A DNA stretch of 64,000 nt from an uncultured Spirochaetota bacterium (GCA_963783575.1 CAWAOD010000005.1:576001-640000); one strand, 5' to 3'; shown: positions 41,395 to 52,471, counted from the first letter of the stretch. Program-made: numbers and translations. The notes: generated by a model from the sequence alone, not told the origin.

Positions 41395-42930
41395 ATGAAA
41401 AATAAAATCAACAGATTCTGGTTTTTATCAGCATTAATTATTTATGCCCTGTTCAGCTGCAGTTTAAAGGGGGATTACAGGCATGCTGCCAATGCCGGAT
41501 CTTTTTATCCCTCCGATAAGATAGAGCTGAGGAAGATGCTGGATTATTTCTTCAGCCATGTGACTGTTAATACAGATGTGAAACCTGACGCAATTATCGT
41601 ACCGCATGCGGGCTATGAATACAGCGGCGGAACGGCCGCGTATGCTTATAATACGCTTAAAGGGAAGAATATTAAAAGGGTCATACTGCTGGCGACATCG
41701 CATTATGCCTATGTGAACGGGATTGTAATCAATGAGAAGGCTTATGAGACCCCTCTCGGGGTTTATAATATGGACAGACAGGCAATTGATATATTAAAAA
41801 GGGAGGATTTCGATCATGTTAAAAATGAGATTGAATCCACCCGTGAGCACAGTGATGAAGTCCAGATCCCTTTTCTGCAGGAGGTTCTGCCGGATGCTAA
41901 ACTTGTACCTCTTATCGTTGGAGAATTATTTGAAGATGAATATACAAATGCCGCAAAGGCATTGAATAAAATTATTGATGATAAAACAGTAATCGTGGTG
42001 AGCTCTGATTTTACCCATTACGGTGAACGATTTGAATATACGCCGGACTTCGGCGGGAAAAGTATAAAAGACGGTGTGACTGAACTGGATGGAAAAGCCA
42101 TCGGGTTAATAACTAACCGCGATTACAGGGGATTTGTGGAATATATTAAAAAAGTCAGCGCAACTATCTGCGGCGCTCATCCGATAGCCCTGCTTTTGCG
42201 GATTCTGGAGGAAAGAAATTATCCCTTCAAAGGCAATCTGCTGAAATATACTATGAGCGGTGAATTGACAGGGGATTATTCAAATAATGTGAGCTATTCC
42301 GCCATCCTTTTCGGGGATGTCAGGTCTATTCAGGATATAAAGTCCGATAAGCCGTCGATAGACCGGAAGCTGATCGGCGATGATGACGAAAAAACCCTGT
42401 TAAAGCTTTCAAGGAACGTGCTGGAAACTTTTGTGAAAAAAAACAGCTCGGATTTTCCGCCGGATAAACTGAAGGATTATAATATTACTGAAAATCTGAG
42501 TCAGAAACTGGGCGTATTCGTTACCCTGACAAAGAAGGGTGATTTGAGAGGCTGTATAGGATACATTACGGGGCGGGATGAGCTTTATAGGGCTGTAATT
42601 GCCAATACCATAAATGCGGCCGCGAATGACCCCCGTTTTCCGCCTGTCGCTGGCGATGAATTGAAAAATATCAGTATAGAAATATCCGTTATGACACCGA
42701 TGGTAAGGATCAATTCACCGGAAGAAATAAGGATCGGAAGGGATGGGCTTTATCTGGAAAATAACGGAAATGCGGGGGTCTTTCTGCCGCAGGTCCCTCT
42801 GGAACAGAACTGGGACAGAAAAACATATCTTGAGGAACTCGGGATGAAAGCAGGTCTTACTGCAGATGCCTATAAGGATAGAAATACGGTTCTTTACCGT
42901 TTTTCTGCACAGGTCTTCGGTGAAAAATGA
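41395..42930 (+). CDS. amrB-amrA: AmmeMemoRadiSam protein B (Memo) - protein A (AMMECR1) fusion with lipoprotein signal
   Basis: Memo motifs AGSFYP, PHAGYEYSG, EHSDEVQIPFLQ, SSDFTHYG, TICG; AMMECR1 motifs GVFVTL, LRGCIG, DPRF, FLPQVP; N-terminal ...IIYALFSC. Confidence 0.92.
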   Translation: MKNKINRFWFLSALIIYALFSCSLKGDYRHAANAGSFYPSDKIELRKMLDYFFSHVTVNTDVKPDAIIVPHAGYEYSGGTAAYAYNTLKGKNIKRVILLATSHYAYVNGIVINEKAYETPLGVYNMDRQAIDILKREDFDHVKNEIESTREHSDEVQIPFLQEVLPDAKLVPLIVGELFEDEYTNAAKALNKIIDDKTVIVVSSDFTHYGERFEYTPDFGGKSIKDGVTELDGKAIGLITNRDYRGFVEYIKKVSATICGAHPIALLLRILEERNYPFKGNLLKYTMSGELTGDYSNNVSYSAILFGDVRSIQDIKSDKPSIDRKLIGDDDEKTLLKLSRNVLETFVKKNSSDFPPDKLKDYNITENLSQKLGVFVTLTKKGDLRGCIGYITGRDELYRAVIANTINAAANDPRFPPVAGDELKNISIEISVMTPMVRINSPEEIRIGRDGLYLENNGNAGVFLPQVPLEQNWDRKTYLEELGMKAGLTADAYKDRNTVLYRFSAQVFGEK

Positions 42931-43997
42931 ACTTCTTCAGGAAAAACGGTTCTTCTATCATTTTACTGATTTGCTTAACGGCTTTGTCGTTCACGCTTTA
43001 TCTGTACATGTGGCAGTTATTGGTTCCATCGATTCTATGGTCGATGTTTATCGGCTTTATCCACAACAGGATTCTCTCGACAGGAAAGGTTTATTCCTAC
43101 CGCTCAATATATTTTATAATACTGGCGGTTTCCTTTATTGCAGGTTTCCGCCTGACTTCCGTTGAGGTTACTCAGACACCTTACTGCCATATAGGTATAG
43201 CGGGAAACTTAATTCATACTTTATATAACCAGATTCTGGCTATTACAAATTCATCCTGGGGCAGGTTCGGAGCTTTAAGCGCAGGCCTGCTCTGGCTGGC
43301 TGTTATTTTAATTAACGGCGGCGGTTTCTGCAGTTATGCCTGCTTTTTCGGGGGAATAGACGAGGGTTTTTCCGGAATCCTGAAAAAGCCGCTGATAAGG
43401 CTTCCGCAAACAAAAAGGTTCCGTGAGTTTCAGATCGCATCCCTTTTATTTTTCGCTTTTATCTCATTTACATCAGTTGAGGCTGTTTTCTGTACCTGGC
43501 TTTGTCCATTGAAAGTTACAAACCATATCCTGAACCCGGAAGCCCCGGCCTGGCTGATTCAAAACATCCTTTATATTTCAACCGGCGCGGTATTTCTTGT
43601 TGGCCTCCCTCTGCTGACAAAAAAAAGGACCTTCTGCAGTATCATATGCCCGTTCGGGGCACTGCCGCCTTTATTGTACCGGATAAATCCCTATAAAATG
43701 AGCGTCGATGATACAAAATGCACGGGATGCAAAAAGTGCCTTGCGGCATGTCCGTCGTTTGCGATAGAAGAAGCCGGTGATAAGGTAAAGATAAACCGGT
43801 ACTGTACTCTCTGCGGAAAATGTTTGGAAACCTGCTCCGGCGGGGCTATTAAGACTACGCTGTTCCATAAAAGGGAATCTTTTTTAATGGCCACGGTATC
43901 TCTGGCTATCGGCGGCGGAATATCGCTGTTTATTTTTCCGGCAGCGGTCATGAATCTTGTGGAATGGACTATAAAGCTGGCAGGATGGAAATTTTAA
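42927..43997 (+). CDS. Membrane polyferredoxin (NapH/RdxA-like 4Fe-4S binding protein)
   Basis: Many TM segments; FCSYAC, FCTWLCP, FCSIICPFG; CTGCKKCLAACP and CTLCGKCLETC. Confidence 0.85.
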   Translation: MNFFRKNGSSIILLICLTALSFTLYLYMWQLLVPSILWSMFIGFIHNRILSTGKVYSYRSIYFIILAVSFIAGFRLTSVEVTQTPYCHIGIAGNLIHTLYNQILAITNSSWGRFGALSAGLLWLAVILINGGGFCSYACFFGGIDEGFSGILKKPLIRLPQTKRFREFQIASLLFFAFISFTSVEAVFCTWLCPLKVTNHILNPEAPAWLIQNILYISTGAVFLVGLPLLTKKRTFCSIICPFGALPPLLYRINPYKMSVDDTKCTGCKKCLAACPSFAIEEAGDKVKINRYCTLCGKCLETCSGGAIKTTLFHKRESFLMATVSLAIGGGISLFIFPAAVMNLVEWTIKLAGWKF

Positions 43998-44021
43998 AAA
44001 TAGTAATAGGTGTAAGAACTT

Positions 44022-44630
44022 ATGATAAAAGAAACCTGGCAGATTGTCATTGAGGGTTTTGTGCTCGGGCTTTCCACGGGCGGGTATTGTTTTATGACAT
44101 GCGTTCCGTTTTTCATGCCTTATATCCTGGCGGCAAGGCGGGCATCGGCATTTTTAAGCTTTATCGCCGGCAGGTTTCTGGCTTATGTAGCCTTCGCAAT
44201 TATAGCAGGCTTCATTGGGGTTTACCTTACAGGGGTTTATAAAAATATATCCGCTGTCCTTTTGATAATCACATCCCTTATTCTTATGTTTTTTTCTATA
44301 TTCAACCTGTTTCCGAAAAATCCGTTCTGCAGGCGTTGGATTGAAAGCGGTCGTCTGAACAGCTATCCATTTATTGCCGGCGTTCTGCTGGGCTTGAACC
44401 TCTGCCCGCCGTTTCTTACCGGAATGGCCAGGGTTATTCAGATGGGAAGCGTATGGAAAAGCGTTTTTTTCTTCATCAGCTTTTTCATGGCCACAACACT
44501 GTTCCTGGTTCCGATGGTTATTCCGGTTCCTTTTTTGAAAGGGGGTTTTTTTAAGAGGCTGGGTTCCTATCTCGGAATACTGGCCGGAATATGGTTTTTA
44601 ATTCAGGGAATAATTTCCTGCTTCACGTAG
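44022..44630 (+). CDS. DsbD_2/TauE-like membrane protein with intramembrane cysteines
   Basis: About 6 TM segments; GLSTGGYCFMTC, GRFLAY, GLNLCPP. Confidence 0.75.
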   Translation: MIKETWQIVIEGFVLGLSTGGYCFMTCVPFFMPYILAARRASAFLSFIAGRFLAYVAFAIIAGFIGVYLTGVYKNISAVLLIITSLILMFFSIFNLFPKNPFCRRWIESGRLNSYPFIAGVLLGLNLCPPFLTGMARVIQMGSVWKSVFFFISFFMATTLFLVPMVIPVPFLKGGFFKRLGSYLGILAGIWFLIQGIISCFT

Positions 44631-44640
44631 GAGTTTTTCA

Positions 44641-46798
44641 ATGATGCTTTTTGTCCTGGGGTTTGTTTCTGTGATCACACAGTCTGTATTATTGAAGGAA
44701 CTGGCTGTTCTTTTCCGGAATAATGAGATTGTGATAGGAATTCTTTTTTTCTGGTGGATGGCCGGGTCTGGTATAGGCAGCGTACTTTATAAAAATCTGC
44801 CGGATAAATTTAAACGTTCCGGATATCCGGCGCTTGTCATTGCGGTAATACTGCAGATCATAATGATTTTTGCGGTCCGTATTACCTCCGGATTTTATTA
44901 TATCAGGGCGGAATTGGATTTGATTGTTTTGTTTTTGTTATCCGCGGTGTTTCTGCTGCCCGTATCTTTATTAATCGGCCTTGCGTTTCCTGCGCTGACC
45001 GGCAGTTCTTCAACGGGCAGAACAACAATCTCATATTTTCTGGAGACATCCGGCTTTTTCGTTGGAGGCATTATATTTTCCCTCCTGATTACCGGTAATT
45101 TTGACGCTCTTCCGGCTTCCGGTATGGTTTTGCTGGTTTGTATTATATCTGTATTTCTGTCCCTGAATCGGAAAATTCAGAGAAGAGAAGCCGTTCTTTT
45201 ATCGGTGATGTTTTTTCTGTGTTTTATTTTTATAGTTTTTAATAGAAATTTTATTGACTTTTCCAGGCAGATGGAATGGAGGGGCGGACTGTTAATAGAA
45301 AGCCGGGAATCGAAATATGGAAATATGGCCCTGCTGGATGACCGGGGGAAAACCCTTTATTATAACGGCAAAGTCCTTGCTTCTGAAGCGTACAATCTGA
45401 CCGAGGAGAAAGCTCATATACCCGCAATGATTAAAGGAAGGCTGGAAAATATTCTTATCATCGGGTATGCCGAGCCCGGTCTTATTACAGAATTGGTTAA
45501 ATATAAACCTCAATCAATTGTAAATGTATTCCTGGATGAAAGACTGGCTGATTTTTCCCAAAAATATTACGGAGAAGAAAATCTTTTAAAAAATATATCC
45601 ATGGACCCCATTATCTGGGTCAAATCGCATCAGGAGAAGTTTGAACTCATCATTCTCAATTTGCCTTTCCCGGATACACTTGCCGGCAGCCGTTTTTATT
45701 CTCTTTCTTTTTTAAAACAATTGAAAAATTGTCTTTCCCTGGCCGGTTTACTTGCCATGTCATTTTCCTATGAGGAGAATTACCTGCCGGAAGAAACCCT
45801 GAACAATTTCAGCCTGCTGTATAATAAATTAAAAAACGTTTTTCTTGAAACCGAAATGCTGCCAATGGAACACTTTTTTCTTCTGGCCTCCGATGCTAAA
45901 ATGACAGCATCAGAGAATTTCCTTGAGAAATCTGTTTCCAGGAGTTTCAGGGAGATTCAATCTCAAAAAGTTAAACCCGTCTTATATCAGTTATTATTTG
46001 AATGAAAAAAGGACCGCCGGCATAACCGGATTGATTACAAACCGCCCATCTCAGAATGAGTCCGGGAATAATTTTGATTTCCGTTTTTATCGGAATACCA
46101 TGAAAAAATGGCTCAAAATAAGTTTTCAAGACAGGTGGATTATCATTTTTGTCATCCTTCTTGCTGCCGGTTATTCGGTATACCGGGGCAGGAGATATTT
46201 GGCAGGTTTTTTCCTGTCCGGAAAATTGGGAATAATCATATTTTTCACTGCCTTTTGCGGAATTGCCGGGGAGCTTCTTCTCATTTATCTCTATCAATAT
46301 CTATATGGTTATATTTATTCTGTTTTCGCACTGCTGATAGCTGCATTTATGCTGGGAATGAGCCTGGGCGCCGGATGGATGGCCGGGAAAAAAAAGGTCA
46401 ATACGGGGGATAATGTGCCGATTATTTTATTTATAACCTGGCTTATTTTAACCGGCGCCTATTTTCTTTTAAATCAAAATATTACAGAATTTGTACCGGG
46501 AATGCCAATATTTTTTCTTCTTTTTACAGACGGTTTTCTCAATGGGTGGATTTTTAATCATTATGCCGGCATGGAGGAAATAAAAGCGGACGCCGCTGTG
46601 ACAGCCGCCAGGACATACTCATACGACCTTTATGGTTCGGCGGCCGGGTCTATTCTCAGCGCTTCGGTATTGTTCCCGTATTTAGGGTTTACCGGCAGTA
46701 TTACAGTTATGGCGATAATTTTGCTTTTATTGCTTTTTTTATTAATAATATATGAAAAGGAGCATGAATGGAAAAAAATTCAAAAAACTTATCATTAA
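44641..46798 (+). CDS. Membrane protein fused to a spermidine-synthase-like domain, split by a +1 frameshift near 45935-45954
   Basis: LKELAVLFRNNEIVIG TM repeat, ESKYGN, EEKAH, LIIG, NLPFPDT...RFYS; second TM repeat YLYQYLYGYIY...AFMLG...YSYDLYGS in the next frame. Confidence 0.78.
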
Positions 46799-47934
46799 TG
46801 GAAATATTTTCATTTACCATATCGTTCCTGGTTTTAACCCTCTTTTTGGCTTTATTTTTCTTCCAGAAGACTCCTTTGATATTTTCTTCCGTTACCGCTA
46901 ATAATTTATATGCCAGGGAGGCCATGTACTGGGAAAGGGCGGATTCGGGAGTGAAATGCAATCTATGTCCGTCATACTGCTATCTGACAGAAGGGGCCAA
47001 AGGTAAGTGCAAAGTCCGGATGAATAAGGACAGCACGCTTTATACTGAAGTTTATGGACAACCGGCCGCTGTCCATATCGATCCGATAGAAAAAAAACCG
47101 GTTTACCATATGCTCCCGGGGAGCATGATCTTTTCCATTGCGACGGTCGGGTGCCCCTTGAAATGCTCATTCTGCCAGAACTGGACTCTTTCGCAGGCCT
47201 ATCCGGAGGAACTGAAAGAGGGTAATAATGGAACCGGCATGATTATCAGTCCGGAGCAGATCGTTCAGTCGGCCATACAGAACGGCAATAAATCCATAGC
47301 CTTTACTTATAGCGAACCGGTAATTTACTATGAGTACATGCTGGATATCGCAAAGCTCGCTAAACAATATGGCCTCCGGAATGTAATGGTCACGTCCGGG
47401 TATTTCAATCCGGAGCCTATCAGTAACATTGCGCCGTATTTTGATGTCATCAAGGTTGACCTTAAAGGGTTCAGTGAAAAATTCTATACTGAAGAGGTCG
47501 GCGGCCATCTGACCAATGTCCTGAAGGTCTTGAAAATTATTAAGGAAATGAATAAGCTGGTTGAAATAGTGAATCTTGTAATACCGCAAAGGAACGACAG
47601 CGATGATGATTTTAAAAGTCTCTGCCTGTGGGTTATGGACAGCCTGGGGCCTGATACTCCGCTTTTCTTCACCCGCTTTATGCCTGATTACAAGCTGAAC
47701 AACCTTCCGCCGACACCGCTGGAAACGCTTCTTCGGGCTAAATCCATTGCTGATAAAACGGGCCTGCACTTTGTATATATCGGCAATGCGCCGGAGGCGA
47801 AGGGGGAAAACACCTATTGCCCGGATTGTCATACTCTTTTAATAGAAAGGGAAGGGTACTGGATAAAAAAGAATATTATTAAACATGGGTGCTGTCCGGT
47901 CTGCGGAAGATCAATTCCGGGGATCTGGGAGTAG
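46768..47934 (+). CDS. amrS: AmmeMemoRadiSam radical SAM enzyme with N-terminal hydrophobic segment
   Basis: CNLCPSYC...CKVR, DPIEKKP, GCPLKCSFCQNW (CxxxCxxC), FTYSEP, VDLKGF, TYCPDC...CPVCG; AAGGAG RBS. Confidence 0.93.
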   Translation: MEKNSKNLSLMEIFSFTISFLVLTLFLALFFFQKTPLIFSSVTANNLYAREAMYWERADSGVKCNLCPSYCYLTEGAKGKCKVRMNKDSTLYTEVYGQPAAVHIDPIEKKPVYHMLPGSMIFSIATVGCPLKCSFCQNWTLSQAYPEELKEGNNGTGMIISPEQIVQSAIQNGNKSIAFTYSEPVIYYEYMLDIAKLAKQYGLRNVMVTSGYFNPEPISNIAPYFDVIKVDLKGFSEKFYTEEVGGHLTNVLKVLKIIKEMNKLVEIVNLVIPQRNDSDDDFKSLCLWVMDSLGPDTPLFFTRFMPDYKLNNLPPTPLETLLRAKSIADKTGLHFVYIGNAPEAKGENTYCPDCHTLLIEREGYWIKKNIIKHGCCPVCGRSIPGIWE

Positions 47935-47941
47935 AAGGATA

Positions 47942-49159
47942 TTATTTTATCTCATTCAGCCAGTTTTTCCATACCGGATCATTTCTTAGATTTATTAAAT
48001 CAGGATCTTTTTCCATATAATTAAAGTTTTTATAACCGTTTTTTACCGCTGATTTTAATGTACCGTATGCTTCCTTAATCTTTCCTGTTTTGCTGTAGGA
48101 ACAGGCTATATTGTAATATGCCAGGTCTTTCTTTTCAAAACCGTTATCAATGGCTTTTTGGTATGCAATAATTGAATCTCCGATTCTATTCTTTAAATTT
48201 GATAAACTATTTCCATAATCATAATAGATTTCCGCCATGTATATCATCATTTCAGATCTTTCTCCCGTCCCTAACTTTATAGCTTCTTCATACTTTTTAA
48301 CAGCCTCATCATCATTTTTTAATTGATGAAAATACAATGCCTGAGAATAAAAATTGTCATATGCGGCATAATCATTTTTTACAGCATCATTATAATTTAC
48401 TAAATTTAAATCATAATCTGCTTTTAATTGTAAGATTGTGGTATTTACAATCCCATGTTGAATATTAAAATAATCGACTCCTTTAGAATTGTTTTTCTGA
48501 AATATATTTTTACTTTTGTCTTCGCTTATAAATTGTTTCCCTTTACCATTTATTATCCATTTTATATCCCTGGCTGAATTTTCTAAATAAACAGGCAGGG
48601 TAAAATAAGAATTATCTCCCATATCAACACTAATATCTATTACGTCGATCTGATTATTTGACCATCTTTTACCTGTACTTAGACGGTATGGGTAAATTTT
48701 ATTGATTAATTTACTCCATCCTTTAAGTTTATAAGTATGAACAATATTATTTAATCCTTTTTTGAAATCCGCTGTAAAAGTATAAACTACAGGGTTATTG
48801 TCTTTGCCGATTTCCATTTTATATTTAACAACTTCATCATTGACGGTGACATTGAAATCTTCAATGCCGGAAGTATTTCTTATTGTCCCGTTTTCATTCA
48901 TTATTTTTTCCGGCGGCGTCTCAAATCCAATTAATCCTTCCTGTTCTTCTTTGCTGTTGCTTAGTTCCAGATATGCCTTAACTAAAACACCGTTATTTGT
49001 ATCGGATTTAAATTCCAGTTTTTCATAAGTTAGGGCAATATTGTAATTCTGTAAAGGAAATAAATTGTCTCCGCTGGCATAAAAAAAACTATCATCAGAA
49101 TATAAATAAGGACTTAAATAAAATAAAAAACAAAGCAAGAATAATTTTAATTTGAACAT
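47942..49159 (-). CDS. Secreted protein with DUF4424-like N-terminus and C-terminal TPR repeats
   Basis: Signal peptide; IALTYEKL, IGF, YRLSTGKRW; TPR AYYNIACSYS...AVKNGY...DPDL. Confidence 0.7.
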   Translation of the reverse strand: MFKLKLFLLCFLFYLSPYLYSDDSFFYASGDNLFPLQNYNIALTYEKLEFKSDTNNGVLVKAYLELSNSKEEQEGLIGFETPPEKIMNENGTIRNTSGIEDFNVTVNDEVVKYKMEIGKDNNPVVYTFTADFKKGLNNIVHTYKLKGWSKLINKIYPYRLSTGKRWSNNQIDVIDISVDMGDNSYFTLPVYLENSARDIKWIINGKGKQFISEDKSKNIFQKNNSKGVDYFNIQHGIVNTTILQLKADYDLNLVNYNDAVKNDYAAYDNFYSQALYFHQLKNDDEAVKKYEEAIKLGTGERSEMMIYMAEIYYDYGNSLSNLKNRIGDSIIAYQKAIDNGFEKKDLAYYNIACSYSKTGKIKEAYGTLKSAVKNGYKNFNYMEKDPDLINLRNDPVWKNWLNEIK

Positions 49160-49431
49160 AACTATATCTCCTTAAACAAAAATCTTTAAAAATTCTATTT
49201 CACGCTCCATAAATTGTCAAATTACCAGCAGGAAGATGCTGAATTTATTATAATATGCCGCCTTCTGTATAAATATGAATATCTCCCATACTTTCTTTGC
49301 CTGGAATTATAAAATTCTGTCTGTTAGAATCATTTTGTTATTGCATAAATTTTTGAATAAGGTTAAAATATCGAACTCATTGGGGCTTGTTATCAAAGGT
49401 AGAGCAGTTTAGTATAAAGGGGTGATACATT

Positions 49432-51406
49432 ATGAACCCGCTGATTGTAGCGCCGCTTATAATGGCTTTTATCTGCTTGTATGCCGGAATTTATCATTTC
49501 AGCATGTTTATTCGCCAAAGAGATGATAAACTTAGCCTGGCTTTTTCTTTATTATGTTTTTCAGTCGCTCTTTACGATTTTTGTTCATTCGGTCTGTATT
49601 CTTCAAAAAGTATTAATTTTGGTGTTTTGTATCAGAATTTACAACTAACGGTAGTCAACCTTATATCTGTATCCATGCCTCTGGTTTATATATTATCTAA
49701 CCAATATGCGCCGAAAAAGGGTGATATTGGTTTTATCATTTATATTCGCGGCTTTTTTTATCTATAGTGTTACTTTATTCTTTAATGTGAACGCTTTAAT
49801 GCAAAATACTAATATTAAGTTTTTGGAATTATTTCGGATAACCTATTATGAAACGGCTCCGAATGCGATAACAAGTCTGGAATTAATATTTATTCTATTC
49901 TGTTTTATTTTCATTATTTACTTATTGATACGGAATTATAAAGAAAATAAAAATAATCACATCCGATGGATCTTTATATCTTTAATCCTGTATTTTGTTT
50001 CATTTATTAACGATTCGTTGGTTTATATCGGATTCTACAAGTTTTTTTACACTACTGAATACTCTTTTATGCTGATGATTCTGGCCATGGCGGATTATCT
50101 GCTGCATAAATATGTCGATTTGAAAGAAAAAATATCCATTCAATTGTACACCGACATGTTGACTTCTATGCCAAACCGCCGGAAACTATTATCTGAAATG
50201 GAGAATACTGAACATCCTTTTCTTGTTCTGATTAATATCGATTCTTTCAAGGAAATTAATGATTTTTATGGTAATGATATTGGGGATTTTGTATTGATGG
50301 AATTATCAAAACGACTAAAAAATCTTTCTTTTCAGAATCGGCACCAGATTTTTAAAATGCACGGGGATGAATATGCCATATTAATGGATATGGAAATTAT
50401 TCCGGAAGAAACCGCGAAAAAAACATGGTTCGGCATAATCCATTATATATTTGAGGAAATCAACGATCATAATTTTAAATACCAGGATATTGAAATCAAT
50501 ATACGTGTGACTATTGGAGTCTCCTACTATAATCCAGATATAAATGAAAATGGAGATATCGGATTGTTAAAAAGCAAAGTTTTAAATAATGCAGATATGG
50601 CGTTAAAACACGCAAAAAAATTGGGGAAATCCTTTCTGGTTTATGATAATTCTATGCAAATACATAAGGAATTTGAAAACAATCTTTTTTGGACAAAAAA
50701 AATAAAAGAAGCGATTAATAATGACCGTATAAAACCATTCTTTCAACCTATAATCAATAATTCTACCGGTAAAATTGAGAAATATGAATGTCTGGTCAGA
50801 ATGCTGGATGGAGATGGAAAACTGATCGGACCATATCAGTTCCTTGGTATATCGCAAAAAGTCAGGCTTTATAATAAAATAACCGCGACCATGCTGAGGA
50901 AATCCTTTAATACCTTTGCCGGTACAGATTATGAATTTTCGATTAACCTCTCTGTCAATGATATCCTTAATGAAGAAACCAACCGTTTGATTCATACCAT
51001 TCTAAAGCAAAATGAACTTCTTGCCCCGCATGTGGTTTTTGAAATTCTGGAGTCGGAAGGCATCAGCAATTATGATATTATGTCCGGTTTTATCCATGAG
51101 ATCAGGGAATATAGATGCAAATTTGCCATTGATGATTTTGGTTCCGGATATTCCAATTTTGACCACATCATAAAACTGAATGTGGATTATATTAAGATTG
51201 ATGCCTCTATTATCAAAAATCTCGATCAAGATTCCAATTTAGTTATCATAGCCAGGATGATTGCAGAAGCAGCAAGGGCTCTTGGTATTTCCACCATCGC
51301 TGAATTTGTTCATTCCGAAGCGGTTTTTTTGAAGTGTAAAGAGATCGGCTTCGATTATTCGCAGGGATATTATTTCAGCGAACCAAAAGAAAACATAGAT
51401 AGATAA
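49432..51406 (+). CDS. Membrane-anchored GGDEF-EAL protein split by a +1 frameshift at about 49678
   Basis: About 7 TM segments; DMLTSMPNRR, HGDEY (degenerate GGDEF), YECLVR, AIDDFGSGYSN, IKID, QGYYF; deleting one C in ATGCCTCTGG restores SMLWFIYYLTNMRR. Confidence 0.85.
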
Positions 51407-51417
51407 ACAGTAAATTG

Positions 51418-52377
51418 TTATCCCTCAAAAATTGCCTCTATAATTTCCAGTCCGGCTCTTTTACCGGTATCTTCGAAAATCAAATTGTTTGCTTTACCAT
51501 ATAATTTGACAACAGCTTCAGAATCTATGCTTTCCTTTATTTTTCGGGTCATACTTCCCTGAACAGGAGCGATGAGGTCCGATGATTTGCTTTTTATTAT
51601 TTTTACATCCATTATATGACTATTGTTTTCTAATGTAATATCAAGGGCTTTCCCATCATAGTTTAAATTCTTAATTTTGGAACGGTTATAAGTCGAAAAG
51701 AGCTGGAAACTTCCATGTATATAAAGATAAGAGATAAAACCGGTAAAATAGCTTCCAAGCCATGGGATATTTGCTATTGAAATATGCAAAGAAGCGTCGC
51801 TTTTTGAAAAAGTATTGCACTGGGCCCAGATCCATGATTTAGGAAATGACCTTCCCCAATCTTTTTCAATATAACCCTTCCCTCCGCTGAAATCAATTTT
51901 CCTGTTATTTATATTCAAAATTCCATTTAAAGAATGATTAACAGAAACCACACCATGTTTACATTCCATAAAAGGAACAAAAGTATATAACCCCATAATT
52001 CCGGGAGACAGTAATGATTTCGGGTATTTAATCATGTCTTTATATTCAATTTCCCCTTTAATTTGAATTTCACCGCTGTCTATATTTAATTTAATACCGC
52101 TGAGAGAAAATTCCGAGGTGCCTATCTTTACATCCAGTTTTTCTGTATTTGTCCTGAATGTTTCAAGGCCGTATCTGACATAATCTGTCCTGCCGGTAAT
52201 TCCGTCAAAAATCTGAATAAAGGCATGCGGATCGTTTTTTGATAAAGATACACCGGGAATAAAGGAGTAGACCTGCGATAAATCCCTTGAAACATGCTTA
52301 AAATACCAACCTTCAAAATAATTCTTTTTTGAAAGGTTTCCCTGAAATAATTCCGGATTTAAAATCTTAATAGTCAT
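51418..52377 (-). CDS. Tocopherol cyclase family protein
   Basis: YFEGWYFKH, MECKHGVVS, GYIEKDWGRSFP.WIWAQ. Confidence 0.85.
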   Translation of the reverse strand: MTIKILNPELFQGNLSKKNYFEGWYFKHVSRDLSQVYSFIPGVSLSKNDPHAFIQIFDGITGRTDYVRYGLETFRTNTEKLDVKIGTSEFSLSGIKLNIDSGEIQIKGEIEYKDMIKYPKSLLSPGIMGLYTFVPFMECKHGVVSVNHSLNGILNINNRKIDFSGGKGYIEKDWGRSFPKSWIWAQCNTFSKSDASLHISIANIPWLGSYFTGFISYLYIHGSFQLFSTYNRSKIKNLNYDGKALDITLENNSHIMDVKIIKSKSSDLIAPVQGSMTRKIKESIDSEAVVKLYGKANNLIFEDTGKRAGLEIIEAIFEG

Positions 52378-52471
52378 AGATTCAATAATCCTTACCGTTT
52401 GGTATACAAAAGTGCTAATTTGCTTAAATTTCTCTTTTTGAACTATCTTTAACTATATAATTTTTTTTATT

